A stretch of 64,000 bases of DNA, from positions 96,001-160,000 of the forward strand of contig JAVLKG010000005.1 of NCBI GenBank assembly GCA_032128875.1. Reading direction: 5' to 3'. Positions 38,681 through 48,522 of the stretch are shown piece after piece (position 1 is the first letter of the stretch; every line of letters starts with the position of its first letter). Below the pieces are notes generated by a model. The model saw nothing but the letters and a program-made list of their open reading frames with translations, was not told the origin of the DNA and searched no databases. The DNA is from Candidatus Melainabacteria bacterium 17Bon1m. Lineage in GTDB: Bacteria > Cyanobacteriota > Vampirovibrionia > Obscuribacterales > Obscuribacteraceae. The position numbers and the translations under genes were made by a program.

Positions 38681-39394
38681 ATGCAACGCAACAACGCATT
38701 CGGACTGGAAATCGTCGTCGACGGTCGCGTTCTGCCCGTCATTCAGCACGGTGGCAAGAACTACGTCGCTGCTCCCTGGGACAAGGATTTCCAGGTGCGC
38801 CTCAATGTTCCGTTCGGTGGTCGTTACCTGGCGGTGACGTCGGTGGACGGGCTGGACATCATGACCGGCAAGACGGCGTCCAAGAACGCCGGCGGCTACG
38901 TCCTGTCCGGCTACTCGAACAACGACATCCCCGGCTTCCGCTTGAACGACAGCGAAGTCGCCGCTTTCCACTTCGGTGACCGTGCCGACAGCTATGCCGC
39001 GCAGCTCGACAAGCCGGCCAACGTCGGCGTCATCGCGGTCGTCTTCTACGAGGAAGTCCGTCCGGTTCGCCACGTGATGTCCATGAGCCCGCGCGGCGGC
39101 TGCCTCGGCGGCGGCGGCGGTCTGGAAGGTCTGGGTGGCACCCGGGGCGGCGCGGTGATGAAGGGCGGTCTCGGTCACGACATGGGCACCGAGTTCGGCC
39201 AGCGCAAGGACCACAAGGTCACGACGGTCGACTTCAAGCGCGGCCGCGAAGTCGGTCGTTTCGTCATCGAGTACGCGTCGCGCGAGAGCCTGGTCAAGGC
39301 CGGCGTCATCACCGACGCTCCGCTGGGCGAGGTGAATCCCTTCCCCGCCGATCGGGAAACCGGCTGCAAGCCTCCGAAGGGCTGGCGCGGCTAA
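38681..39394 (+). CDS. Conserved-looking hypothetical protein with a Gly-rich insert
   Basis: AAGGAG RBS, strong GC3 bias, motifs SVDGLDIMTG and NVGVIAVVFYEE. Confidence 0.8.
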   Translation: MQRNNAFGLEIVVDGRVLPVIQHGGKNYVAAPWDKDFQVRLNVPFGGRYLAVTSVDGLDIMTGKTASKNAGGYVLSGYSNNDIPGFRLNDSEVAAFHFGDRADSYAAQLDKPANVGVIAVVFYEEVRPVRHVMSMSPRGGCLGGGGGLEGLGGTRGGAVMKGGLGHDMGTEFGQRKDHKVTTVDFKRGREVGRFVIEYASRESLVKAGVITDAPLGEVNPFPADRETGCKPPKGWRG

Positions 39395-39475
39395 AGACGT
39401 AGGAGAACCGAGCGAGCGCTCTAGAGATAGAGATCCTCTGACGGTTTCCATAGCCTGAGCTGAGTGCCGTGGCGG

Positions 39476-39510
39476 CAGGGAGGTCGGTGTCAAAACCGAC
39501 TTCCCTGTTC
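39476..39510 (+). terminator. Terminator-like hairpin
   Basis: CAGGGAGGTCGGT-GTCAAA-ACCGACTTCCCTG after the stop at 39394; weak U-tract. Confidence 0.45.
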
Positions 39511-39834
39511 GCTACTACTTCGTCGATCCTATACTAAAACCAGTAGTATTCGTGATCAAGTTTGCAACGATTCTACCGGCGCAGGTCATGAAACACTGTC
39601 CGCAACTGGTTCTTCGTTGCTTTAAGGGCGATGCATGGCGGCGACACATTAGTGAACTAGCACCAAATTTTTTCGTTCCCCTGCGCGCTCGCTGCGACTC
39701 TTTCTTAACTATGTGCCTTTGACCATCACAAACTCTTCACGCTCTTAAAGATATAAATCTCTGACCAAGTTTTAAACTTGACCCCACCTCTCTTCGAACT
39801 TCTTTCCGTTTCCCTCCTCTGGAGAAGCAGCATC

Positions 39835-40398
39835 GTGCCAACCGTTTCTACAAACAACACAACTGCATTTACCAAAACTGAATATCCGCCCGTATTCGAT
39901 GGATCCAAGACATTGCGCCCAAGCGCTAGAAGAATCTCTGTATCACCACCACCACTTACTAACAAAGAAACAATTACCGCCCCTTCGAATGACCTGCAAT
40001 TTACACCGCCTGCAGCTGGCTCCTTAACGCTAAAGGATTTCCTCAAGGAAGCAGGGGAAAACTGTGATGACGACACCATGCACGTCAACACTTTCGAAAA
40101 GTTGATGCGCTCGACTAATCACAATCTTCTTGCGATTCAGTCTGAATCGCCCAAGAAAATGTTGAATACAGCTGCTGTCAGTCCTCGCTGCAAAGCTTTT
40201 CTTTCATGCAACTACAAACAGAGTCAAACTATCAATCGTGCCGATTTTAAAAAGTCGCGTCAGGCTGATGAAGTGCTCTGTTCGCTGCAAAGTATTTTCG
40301 ATTTCTGGAACAAGTTTGTGTTGGGAGTAGAAAGCGGTTTGACTCTTGCCACCATACGGCGCAAGATGAAGCCACGATGTCAGCCATGCAGAGCTTGA
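39835..40398 (+). CDS. Possible hypothetical protein
   Basis: Open frame with GGAG before GTG 39835. No recognisable motif. Confidence 0.35.
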   Translation: MPTVSTNNTTAFTKTEYPPVFDGSKTLRPSARRISVSPPPLTNKETITAPSNDLQFTPPAAGSLTLKDFLKEAGENCDDDTMHVNTFEKLMRSTNHNLLAIQSESPKKMLNTAAVSPRCKAFLSCNYKQSQTINRADFKKSRQADEVLCSLQSIFDFWNKFVLGVESGLTLATIRRKMKPRCQPCRA

Positions 40399-40590
40399 GT
40401 TTGGTATTGAAAATTTGCTCTCAGACTCAAGTCGTAAATTAACAGACAAAGTTGGGATGACTGTAGTCAGACCTCTGTAAATTCAGTCGTGCTCTGGCAC
40501 CTGGCATACTAGTGTTTGTCGTAGCGCTGCGAAAAAGCAAAAAGAGCGCACCGATTTTTTTCGATGCGCCCTTTTGCGATGATTTTGTGA

Positions 40591-41412
40591 TTACTTGCCG
40601 TGGCGCTTGGAGCCGGCTTTCGCCTTTGCTTTCGGCTCGGCTTTTGCTTTGGTTTTGGACTTGGCTTTTGCCTTGCCGTTCGCAGCAGCCTTTCCGTTGC
40701 CGTTGGCGGGCAGAGCCGAGGAGAGCAGGTGCTGGAGCTGTTCCAGTCGCGACTCTTCGGTGCCGTAAGCCTCTTCGTAATCTGCCATGGACAGGCGAAT
40801 TACTTCCTGAGCCTCCTTGCGTCCGTAGACGGCGGCGATGTCGACCACAGGCTTCTCACCCTTGCTCATGGGTGGGCGCTTGTAGCTTAGGAAGTAGTGT
40901 TCGAGCCGCTCGATGACACCTTTCGGCACTTCGCTGATGTCCTGAATGTCACCGTATGCGATGTCATTCTCCAGGACGGCGATGATCTTGTCGTCAGCTT
41001 CGCCGTGGTCGATCATACGCAGTCCGCCAATGGGGCGAACATTCACGAAAAGGTCGCCGTGGGCGAAGTCCTTCTCGGTGAGAACGCAGATGTCCAGCGG
41101 GTCGCCGTCACCCTTGATCTTGCTGCGCTTGGTTTTCTTGGCGGCAAAATCACCGATGCGGTCACCGCAATAAGTTTGCGGAACGAAGCCGTAGAGAGTC
41201 GGGCACATTGAGGAGAAGCGTTGCGGCCTGTCCACGTGGAGGTGGCCGGTCTTCTTGTCCAGCTCGAGTTTGACGGCGCCGGTGGGGACGATTTCGATGT
41301 ACGAGAAAACCACTTCAGGCGCGTTTTCACCGGGGGAAACGCCGTGCCAGGGGTGCGATTTGAACAGAGTGTTGAGGAGTTTCTTGAACTCGCTCGGTGT
41401 TTTTGTGCTCAT
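40591..41412 (-). CDS. ppa: Family I inorganic pyrophosphatase with Lys/Ala-rich tail
   Basis: HPWHG, VDRP, YGFVPQT, DGDPLD, DHGEADDKIIAV, YFLSYK. Confidence 0.93.
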   Translation of the reverse strand: MSTKTPSEFKKLLNTLFKSHPWHGVSPGENAPEVVFSYIEIVPTGAVKLELDKKTGHLHVDRPQRFSSMCPTLYGFVPQTYCGDRIGDFAAKKTKRSKIKGDGDPLDICVLTEKDFAHGDLFVNVRPIGGLRMIDHGEADDKIIAVLENDIAYGDIQDISEVPKGVIERLEHYFLSYKRPPMSKGEKPVVDIAAVYGRKEAQEVIRLSMADYEEAYGTEESRLEQLQHLLSSALPANGNGKAAANGKAKAKSKTKAKAEPKAKAKAGSKRHGK

Positions 41413-41520
41413 AGAAGCTCCAGACTCGATAGCCCTGAGGCTATGTACTTACATCCAGGTATTTTAGTTCGTGCCAGTCTACAGGACTGACACAGAAATT
41501 TGAGCTGCCGAAAGCCAAGG

Positions 41521-41556
41521 AAGCAGTTCGAGTTTCGAAAAACCCGAACTGCTTTT
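41521..41556. terminator. Hairpin between citrate synthase and ppa
   Basis: AAGCAGTTCG...CGAACTGCTT inverted repeat. Confidence 0.45.
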
Positions 41557-41610
41557 GGTCTTTAGCGTGATGTCTCAGGGCTGCCCGCACGGGGCAAGCT
41601 CACACGCCTG

Positions 41611-42756
41611 TCAGAAGGCGCTTTCGGGCACTTCCGGTCCGGTGTACTGGGACAGCGGGCGGAAGAGTTTGTTGTCTTTCAGCTGCTCGATGATGTGCTC
41701 GCCCCAGCCGATGATGCGGCTGGTGCAGAACGTGGAGGAGTAGAGGGTGCGCGGGATGCCGACGTGCTCGAGCGCGACGGCGGTCCAGAACTCTACGTTG
41801 ACACGCAGAGCGCGAGCCGGCTTGCCGGTCGTGAGAGCTTTAGCTTCAGCCTTCGCCTTCAAGGCGGCGAGAATTTCTTCCTCGACCTTGAGCGCCAGAG
41901 TGATGCGCGGACCGTTCTGCTTCTGCGCGACTCCACGCAGGCAGAGCGAGCGCGGGTCGTCGGTGCGATAGACGCGGTGCCCGAAGCCCATGATGCGGCG
42001 ACCGCTAGACAGCTCTTCCTGGACCCAGGAGGCTGCTTTCTCGGGCGCGCCGATGGAATCCAGCATATCGAGAACAGGACCCGGTGCACCGCCGTGCAGA
42101 GGTCCCGAGAGCGTGCCGACGGCCGCCGTGATGGCAGCGCCGACGTCGGCGCCGGTTGACGCCGTGACACGACCGGAGAACGTGGAAGCGTTCAGCCCGT
42201 GGTCGATGGTGAGGATGAGGTAGGTCTCGACGGCGCGCAGGTTGTCGGCCGACGGGCGCTTGCCGGTGACGCCCCAGAGATAACGCTCAGCGTAGCCCTT
42301 GTTGTTGCGCTTGCGCACGGGGGCGCGACCGGTGTGGACGATTTCCACAATCGCCGGCGCCAGCGCCTGCAGCTGCAGAACTTCCTGCTCGACTTCGGCA
42401 ACATCGCGATTCAGCCAAGGCTTGAAGCCGCGGTGGCAGGCGATAGCCGAAATGGCGGTGCGGAAAGCCGACAGCGGTTCGGCGCCGCGAGCCTTCTTGA
42501 CCAGAGCGATTTCGGCTGGGGAGAGCTTGCCCAGTGTCTCAACCTTGGCGCGGAAAGCGGCCAGTTCCGCGGCATTCGGTAGACGTCCTTCGTGTAGAAG
42601 GAACCAGACTTCCTCGATCGTCTTGGACTGCGCGAGAGTGACCGCGTTGTGTCCCGAGAAGATGAGCCGCCCAGCTGCTCCGTCCACATGGCTCAAGCGC
42701 GTTGCGCAGGCGATGACACCTTCCAATCCAGCGGAGAAGGTATTTGGGTTATTCAT
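41611..42756 (-). CDS. Citrate synthase (short type, NVEF variant)
   Basis: GLEGV, DHGLNASTF, GPLHGGA, MGFGHRVY, DPR, NVEFW. AAGGAG RBS. Confidence 0.92.
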   Translation of the reverse strand: MNNPNTFSAGLEGVIACATRLSHVDGAAGRLIFSGHNAVTLAQSKTIEEVWFLLHEGRLPNAAELAAFRAKVETLGKLSPAEIALVKKARGAEPLSAFRTAISAIACHRGFKPWLNRDVAEVEQEVLQLQALAPAIVEIVHTGRAPVRKRNNKGYAERYLWGVTGKRPSADNLRAVETYLILTIDHGLNASTFSGRVTASTGADVGAAITAAVGTLSGPLHGGAPGPVLDMLDSIGAPEKAASWVQEELSSGRRIMGFGHRVYRTDDPRSLCLRGVAQKQNGPRITLALKVEEEILAALKAKAEAKALTTGKPARALRVNVEFWTAVALEHVGIPRTLYSSTFCTSRIIGWGEHIIEQLKDNKLFRPLSQYTGPEVPESAF

Positions 42757-43198
42757 GTTTGTGCTCCTTGGAGTTCCTCAGTGAGAAACAAAACTTGTAG
42801 GCATCGGTGGATTTCTCCTCAGTCATCTACAAGCTCTTGATAAATCCGCTCGCTAGAAGAACGCGCACAGACCTGTGTGTTCAAACCCGAGGCTGCATAA
42901 GCAGTCTGGATGGAGTCTGAAAACGAAAGTCTAGATTGGGTGCGTTGGGTTGAAAAGCGGGCGGTGGGCAGAAAAGAAACATCATTGGCTATCACAGTCT
43001 CTTTTACGCATTCAAGAAAGTCTGCTTAAAACCGCTAACACTCAGCTATTAGTACGTTAATCATCTAGGGAAGTCGTCAAGATAGAAGAGCTGTATCCGT
43101 GGTGAATAGGCGATTCCAGGAGAATTTGCGATGCCAAGATAGCGCAACTGCGCCGTTGGTTGTCTGTCTTTCGCCAAATCCCGGAGCCCTGACCTGGT

Positions 43199-43244
43199 TT
43201 TTGTCTTGAGTGAATTGCTCCGAAAAATTTCAAATTTTTCCGAC
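43199..43244 (-). repeat. Dispersed 27-bp palindrome + N12 + GACAAAA, copy B
   Basis: CTCCGAAAAATTT-C-AAATTTTTCCGAC at 43218-43244 (imperfect); TTTTGTC at 43199-43205. Confidence 0.85.
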
Positions 43245-43282
43245 TAGTCCCGATTTTTCAAAAAGGGCACCCCCCACCCCTG

Positions 43283-43310
43283 TCTATACTATGACGCGCA
43301 GTAGAGTCAA
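43283..43310 (-). promoter_or_regulatory. Candidate sigma70-type promoter reading toward citrate synthase
   Basis: Minus strand TTGACT-N16-TATAGA, just downstream of a terminator and upstream of palindrome copy B. Confidence 0.35.
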
Positions 43311-43315
43311 GGCTC

Positions 43316-43362
43316 AAAAAGAGACAGCGAAGAGTGGCCGGGGGCGGCACCTTCGCTGTCTC
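43316..43362 (-). terminator. Intrinsic terminator
   Basis: GAGACAGCGAAG...CTTCGCTGTCTC hairpin followed on the minus strand by TTTTT. Confidence 0.65.
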
Positions 43363-43417
43363 AATTCACAGCTCAGTCGGAGCGCGAGCTATTGGCCGCG
43401 CGCGCTCTTAGACTGGC

Positions 43418-43681
43418 CTAAGCCGGCTGGATGTACCAGTGCAGCTTGCCTCCGTAGATCTTCTTGACCGTGACGGACCAACCTTGCTCTTCAAGGTCGG
43501 CAATCACGAGTTCGCGGACCGCAGGATCCACGTGATCGGAGAAGATCGGCTTGTCACCCTTGTCGCCCTTCTTGCGCTTGGTGAGTTCACCGGCGAGAAG
43601 TTCGAGGACCTTGTCCTTCTTTTCCTCGTTCGGGTTTTTGCCTTCGATGTCGGCGGGCGTGGGGATCTTGCTCTTAGCCAT
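43418..43681 (-). CDS. Small basic hypothetical protein
   Basis: MAKSKIPTP..., 87 aa, GC3 bias. Confidence 0.6.
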   Translation of the reverse strand: MAKSKIPTPADIEGKNPNEEKKDKVLELLAGELTKRKKGDKGDKPIFSDHVDPAVRELVIADLEEQGWSVTVKKIYGGKLHWYIQPA

Positions 43682-43789
43682 TTTTTTGTACCTGTTGCTT
43701 TTGGAGCGATTTGCATCAGGCAAACGCTCCGGGAATTGCGGAGGCTGCAAGCAAAAGAAGCACCGTCTACAAGACGATGCAGAGAGAGC

Positions 43790-44470
43790 TTAGCTAGGCT
43801 GGCAGCAGCGCAGACCGGCGACCAGACGGGCGTCGTTGCGCAGTGCGATCAGCGCGGCATGAGCGACAGCGGCTTCGCCAGTCAAGCCAGCAGTCTTGAG
43901 CTGGCGGGCGACCTTGTCCACTTCGGTCAACTTGAAGATGCCGGCGAGCTTCACGGCGGCGGCGTCGACCGCAGCGTCCTTGCCGACAATGGCTTTCACC
44001 TCGTCGATGTAGCCGACGCGCGACTTGTGGGCCGCGGCGACGTCGAACTTGGTGCGGGTCGGGTAGAACGGACCAACCGACTTCTCGTCTTCGGCCGGAG
44101 CCAGAAGCTTGAGAGCCGGTGCCAGATCCGTGCTGCGAGCCAGGGCGCTGATGACGTTGTCGCTGACGGCGAAGTCGCGATAGTTGCCACCGTCGAAGCC
44201 GAGAGTGTCTTTCAGGACCTTCATGTCTTCGGGCTTGACGTTGATGATATGGGCGAACGCGCGAATCGAGAGACGATCGTTGGGACGGGTCTCGCTATAG
44301 CCGGCCTCGGAGAGATTCTCCAGGTAGGCTTCGCTGTAGAAGTCGAGCAAGCTGGTCTCGCCGTCGGCGTCATCGCCGTAGCTCTCGCGCATCTCGTTGG
44401 CGATTGCTTCGATGGCGGCCATGATCGGGAGAGCTTGAGCGGCGAGCGCGGTGTTTTGTCGCTTGGTCAT
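43790..44470 (-). CDS. Hypothetical protein
   Basis: AAGGA RBS before ATG 44470; strong GC3 bias. Confidence 0.7.
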   Translation of the reverse strand: MTKRQNTALAAQALPIMAAIEAIANEMRESYGDDADGETSLLDFYSEAYLENLSEAGYSETRPNDRLSIRAFAHIINVKPEDMKVLKDTLGFDGGNYRDFAVSDNVISALARSTDLAPALKLLAPAEDEKSVGPFYPTRTKFDVAAAHKSRVGYIDEVKAIVGKDAAVDAAAVKLAGIFKLTEVDKVARQLKTAGLTGEAAVAHAALIALRNDARLVAGLRCCQPS

Positions 44471-45021
44471 TCTCGGTGTCCTTGTGCTTTTTGGATGCTT
44501 ATCCACCGAACTTTAAGGCAGCTGCGAGGCTGTCAGTTCGGCGGTTGGCGAATACTTCCTTCGTCGCTGCCAGGCGAATCGTCGGCCAGCTCTCCAGGCG
44601 ATGTTCTTCCGGTGAGAAAACTCACTTGAGACAGGAAGAATTTGATACGCGATGGAGTTCGGAGCTGGAAAGTTTTTGTCTGGAAAACGGCGAGAAAGAG
44701 TGAGTGCAGACTAGTAGATTTGCATGCTTGTGTTTTACAGGTTTTGCTTAAATGCAAAGCTATCTTTGACTTTATGAGAAAAGGTCACCGTTGCGAACCT
44801 CGCGCTAGCTATCCCGAAACCCGCCAGAATTGGTCGTTTTCATAAGCGTGGGTTAAAGATTGAGTGCGCTGCGTCGGTTGCTGCTGGTAGTTATTAAATG
44901 ACGTAGTAAAAGGTTTGCGAAAAAAGACTGCACCGTGGATGGTGCCCAATTGCACCATCCACAAATCGAAAACTAGCAGGGAGAAACTCACTTTATTAGT
45001 GCAATTTCTTCCTTCTAGTTC

Positions 45022-45453
45022 TTACTCCGCGGTCGGCGGAGTATAGGCTTCGACCATCCGGCGAGCCTCTGCAATGAGGCGCAGACCTTCATTGTTCCAG
45101 TTGAGAACATAGCCGGGTCCATAGACACGCTGTCCACCGAGATACGGGTAGCCGAGATGCTTGGCGGCGTCAGCAACGAGCGCCGCTACGTTCGTTTTGA
45201 ACTCTTCGCTGGCGCTGCCCAACTTTTCCATGGAGAGCTTCTGCACGGCGATCACCTCGGCGCGAAGCTGGGTGTCAGCCTGTCGTGTTTCGTCGCCGAT
45301 GCGGCGGTTGTCCTTCGCCTGTTCTTTCAGCGTGCTGAAGAGCAGAACGATGCCCACTGCGCCGGCGATCGAGCCGACAGCAATTTGGTTGAATTGGATA
45401 ATGGCGACTGATGCGGCAATGAGAAGTGCCACACTGATAAAGGGTTTGAACAC
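45022..45453 (-). CDS. Hypothetical membrane-anchored protein
   Basis: AAAGGA RBS before GTG 45453; two N-terminal TM helices. Confidence 0.65.
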   Translation of the reverse strand: MFKPFISVALLIAASVAIIQFNQIAVGSIAGAVGIVLLFSTLKEQAKDNRRIGDETRQADTQLRAEVIAVQKLSMEKLGSASEEFKTNVAALVADAAKHLGYPYLGGQRVYGPGYVLNWNNEGLRLIAEARRMVEAYTPPTAE

Positions 45454-45559
45454 TGTAAAGTCCTTTCCGTTGTTATTGTCGGTTAAGCCTGGAAACAGGC
45501 AAAGGCGGGGGCAGGATGGGAACGACGTCCCCATCCCGCTGTTTGGATGCCGTATGTAA

Positions 45560-46027
45560 TTACATCGGCATGAGCAATAGCCAGGCTACCCAGAAGAGCG
45601 CCACGGCTATGAGGACAGGCAACAGCGAAGCACCTGCCAGCAGTGAGATGAAGATGCCGATTAAGAGCGAGACTCCGCCGGCCGTCAGCAGGTTCGACTT
45701 GATCACGTAATTCTGTTGCAGATGCGGACGGAATTCATACGTCATCATCAGCCAGACTGCTTCGAAAACTACCACCGTGGCTACGACCGGAAGGAAGTAG
45801 ACGCTTAGGAAGTAACACGCGATCAGTCCGCATGTGAGAGCGACAAAGCCCGCTTCGACGAGATGCGATTCGCGAACCCGCAAGTGCACCTTTTCGGAGA
45901 ACTCGCGATATGCGCGGAACGACACGAACTGCGACTGTTGTGGTACCTGGAAAAGTCGCCTTCCCAGGAAAGAGAAGAACGCCACCTCCACGACGAAAGC
46001 GACGCTAAGCCAAAGGATCATTTCCAT
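45560..46027 (-). CDS. Hypothetical polytopic membrane protein
   Basis: About five hydrophobic segments. Confidence 0.6.
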   Translation of the reverse strand: MEMILWLSVAFVVEVAFFSFLGRRLFQVPQQSQFVSFRAYREFSEKVHLRVRESHLVEAGFVALTCGLIACYFLSVYFLPVVATVVVFEAVWLMMTYEFRPHLQQNYVIKSNLLTAGGVSLLIGIFISLLAGASLLPVLIAVALFWVAWLLLMPM

Positions 46028-46181
46028 TTAAGGAAACCCCTTTTCGTTTTTTTGTGTTGGCGTCAGCCCCTGGGGCTGCGCATGTTAGCCGTCGGACACA
46101 AATACACCGACGCGTGACGAAGTTAGTCGAGAGGATTCAACAGGCGCATCGAAACGCGCCTGCTGCGCCTGGAAGTGCCAG

Positions 46182-46586
46182 CTAGGCTCGGGTGCCAGCA
46201 GTGGCTTCGATCTGATTGACCAGAAGTTGGCGAGCCGAGTTGCGAATGCGCTCGAAGTTGGACTTGGCGATGCTGAGCGCCAGGTTGCGCACCTGGTCCG
46301 GCACGTCGGCGCGGTAGCTGTGCACCACGTCGCGTCCGAAGTTGCCGTAGGCGTCGCGCAGCGAACGCACGAACGCCGCCCATTCGTTGACCAGCGTCTG
46401 GTGCATGAACGGATCGGCAGCGATGGTGGCATCGAGTGGCGAAACGGCCGCTTCAAAGTCGCTGTCTGCCGTCTTGCCTGCCACCGCCGTCTGGAACCAG
46501 TTGAAGAGGTCCGAAGCGTTGGAAAGAAGGAGCACGTGCGAGTCAGCGAGGTTGACGACTTTGGTCTGCTGGGAAGTTGCGGTCAT
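46182..46586 (-). CDS. Hypothetical helical protein
   Basis: AAGGA RBS and GC3 bias. Confidence 0.7.
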   Translation of the reverse strand: MTATSQQTKVVNLADSHVLLLSNASDLFNWFQTAVAGKTADSDFEAAVSPLDATIAADPFMHQTLVNEWAAFVRSLRDAYGNFGRDVVHSYRADVPDQVRNLALSIAKSNFERIRNSARQLLVNQIEATAGTRA

Positions 46587-46617
46587 TAATCCATCCTTTT
46601 TGAAGTTTGTTGGGTCG

Positions 46618-46644
46618 CTCCGAAAAATCTCGAATTTTTCGGAG
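46618..46644. repeat. Dispersed 27-bp palindrome, copy C
   Basis: CTCCGAAAAA-TCTCGAA-TTTTTCGGAG, 31 nt upstream of ATG 46586. No GACAAAA satellite. Confidence 0.85.
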
Positions 46645-46783
46645 CATTGCGTAGATGCGGTAACCGCGCCGCCGTGGCAGGAAGAAGCATTTGCCGTAAG
46701 GCGCTATGCTCGTCATCCTAGCCGCGGCGGCACAGTCTGTTTGAGCACCGAATATGGTGCGCTAGGCAGGGGCGAATGTCCTT

Positions 46784-47521
46784 CTAGACATTGCCGCCGG
46801 TTACGCGGGTAAGAATTTCCGGCAGAGCCTTGTCGGCGCCGCTTGTATGCACCTCTTTGAACGACCAGTGAAACTGACCGGCCGGTGTGACGTTTACCCA
46901 GATTGTCTTCACTCCTGAGTAGAAGCGCTTCTTGATGTCGACGATGCCTTTGACCGGTTGGACCTCAAGCGTCGTTCCCACCACAATCAGCACTCCGCAC
47001 TCTTTCATGAGCTTTCGAGCGGCGGCGACATTGTCGATTTTGACGTTCTCGCCGAAGAGAACCACGTCAGGACGCAAGTGGTGTCCGCACTGAGTGCAGA
47101 CAGGCAGCGCATTCTCATGTGGGTCGTTGTCGGCGTAGGGGACAAGCGTGCACTTGGGATTGGTGCAGCGTGTCATCATAACGTTGCCGTGAAACTCGAT
47201 GACGCCTGTGCTTCCAGCCCGCGTATGCAGACCGTCGACGTTCTGAGTGACGATGTTCAAGCTGTAACCCTCGGGCAGATTTGCTTGCGCTTCTGCCAGA
47301 GCAAGATGGGCGCGGGTCGGCTCGCAGTTTGCGATTTGCTTGCGCATGCCGCCCCAGTGGTCCCAACTGAAGCGCGGGTTCGACTTCAGGGTTTGTGCTT
47401 CCGCTGCCTTGACGATGGCTGCGTCATTCCACAAACCATCAGGACCTCTGTAAGTTCTCAGGCCGGCTGAGGCGGAGATGCCCGCGCCGGAGAACACAAC
47501 GATGTTCTTTGCGTCTCGCAT
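46784..47521 (-). CDS. cobB: Sir2/CobB NAD-dependent protein deacylase
   Basis: GAGISA, YRGPDGLW, TQNVDGLH, FHGN, Zn-binding Cys pairs, RPDVVLFGE. Confidence 0.9.
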   Translation of the reverse strand: MRDAKNIVVFSGAGISASAGLRTYRGPDGLWNDAAIVKAAEAQTLKSNPRFSWDHWGGMRKQIANCEPTRAHLALAEAQANLPEGYSLNIVTQNVDGLHTRAGSTGVIEFHGNVMMTRCTNPKCTLVPYADNDPHENALPVCTQCGHHLRPDVVLFGENVKIDNVAAARKLMKECGVLIVVGTTLEVQPVKGIVDIKKRFYSGVKTIWVNVTPAGQFHWSFKEVHTSGADKALPEILTRVTGGNV

Positions 47522-47556
47522 GGGAGTCTCCTTTCAGTTTTTGCTTCCGTTCAGCG

Positions 47557-47874
47557 TCAGAAGACGCCGCCGACGAACATCGCCAGAAAGACGAGAACGC
47601 CGATATTGAGAAGCGCGGAGGTGATGGCTGCTCGCTTCACCGAAGGCGTGAGCAAGGCGCAGAAGAGCGCCAAAAGACCGGTGAACGCCAGGCTCGGGAA
47701 GAAGCCGTAGTAGCCGAGGAAAAAGAAGAAGGCGGCGATTCCCTGAACGGAAGCGATTTTGACAGCGCTGGTAATGATGGCGCCGCCGATGAAACTCAGG
47801 CCCGGCAGGCAAATCATGCCCACGGCCCAAGCCACGAAGAACCTTAACAACTTGTCCGAAGTCGCGTTTTCCAT
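47557..47874 (-). CDS. Small membrane protein (paralogue of 48040-48375)
   Basis: GGAG RBS before ATG 47874; three TM helices; FFPSLAFTG. Confidence 0.65.
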   Translation of the reverse strand: MENATSDKLLRFFVAWAVGMICLPGLSFIGGAIITSAVKIASVQGIAAFFFFLGYYGFFPSLAFTGLLALFCALLTPSVKRAAITSALLNIGVLVFLAMFVGGVF

Positions 47875-48039
47875 CGCGAACACTCCATCTGCTTGATGAT
47901 GCCGATGTGCAACGGAAGCAGATTTACCGCTGCCAAAAATCGAGCCGGTGTGATGATTGAAACTGGCTCCCAATCGGCAATGGGGAAGTCGCAGCGCACT
48001 GAGACTTCCTCATCGCCAGGCACGTTTGGAGTTTCGCCT

Positions 48040-48375
48040 TCAGGCGAAGGCCGCCGGCACAAAGATCAGCAACGGTATTGCCAGGCTGATCAGCCCCGAG
48101 GCGACGACAGCAGTCAGCATCCGATTGGACAGCGTTACGCAGAGCGCGGCGATGACGCCGGTAAAGGCGGCGCTCGGAATGAACAGCAAATCCACAGCCA
48201 GAGCCATGTCCAGCCCGAGTGAGCGGGTTGCCGGCGAGAACGCGGCGAGGAAAAGGACATAGCCAATGATGTATGGCACTATGCACTGGCTGGCGAAACC
48301 GGCAGCCCAAGCCCGGATAAATTTGCCGAAGAAGTCGTAGTTGACGCGGTCGGCGTCATGCGTAGACTTTCGCAT
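48040..48375 (-). CDS. Small membrane protein (paralogue of 47557-47874)
   Basis: Three TM helices; FIPSAAFTG. Confidence 0.65.
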   Translation of the reverse strand: MRKSTHDADRVNYDFFGKFIRAWAAGFASQCIVPYIIGYVLFLAAFSPATRSLGLDMALAVDLLFIPSAAFTGVIAALCVTLSNRMLTAVVASGLISLAIPLLIFVPAAFA

Positions 48376-48522
48376 TTTGCAGTGACTTTCTGTTTTTGTT
48401 GGGTTTCCTCTTTGTTTGAAAGCCGGGCAGCGTCCGGCTTTCGGTTTGCAATGCGGTTATGCCTAAGAACTGACAGGCGAACTTGGAATTGTCTGATTCT
48501 CAAATTCGCCTGTCAGTCTCTG

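Noticed and set aside
43196..43205. V(D)J RSS-like signal (ACAAAAACC nonamer near a 12-nt spacer)
   Set aside because: The exact nonamer occurs in one copy only, no CACAGTG heptamer is present and there is no RAG/Transib-like gene; probably coincidental.
43439..44629. 396-aa plus-strand ORF
   Set aside because: Shadow of two minus-strand genes with proper starts and codon bias.
46784..47521. Sir2 as an anti-phage NADase (Thoeris/DSR type)
   Set aside because: Has the Zn-ribbon and length of a housekeeping CobB deacylase, with no defence partner gene adjacent.
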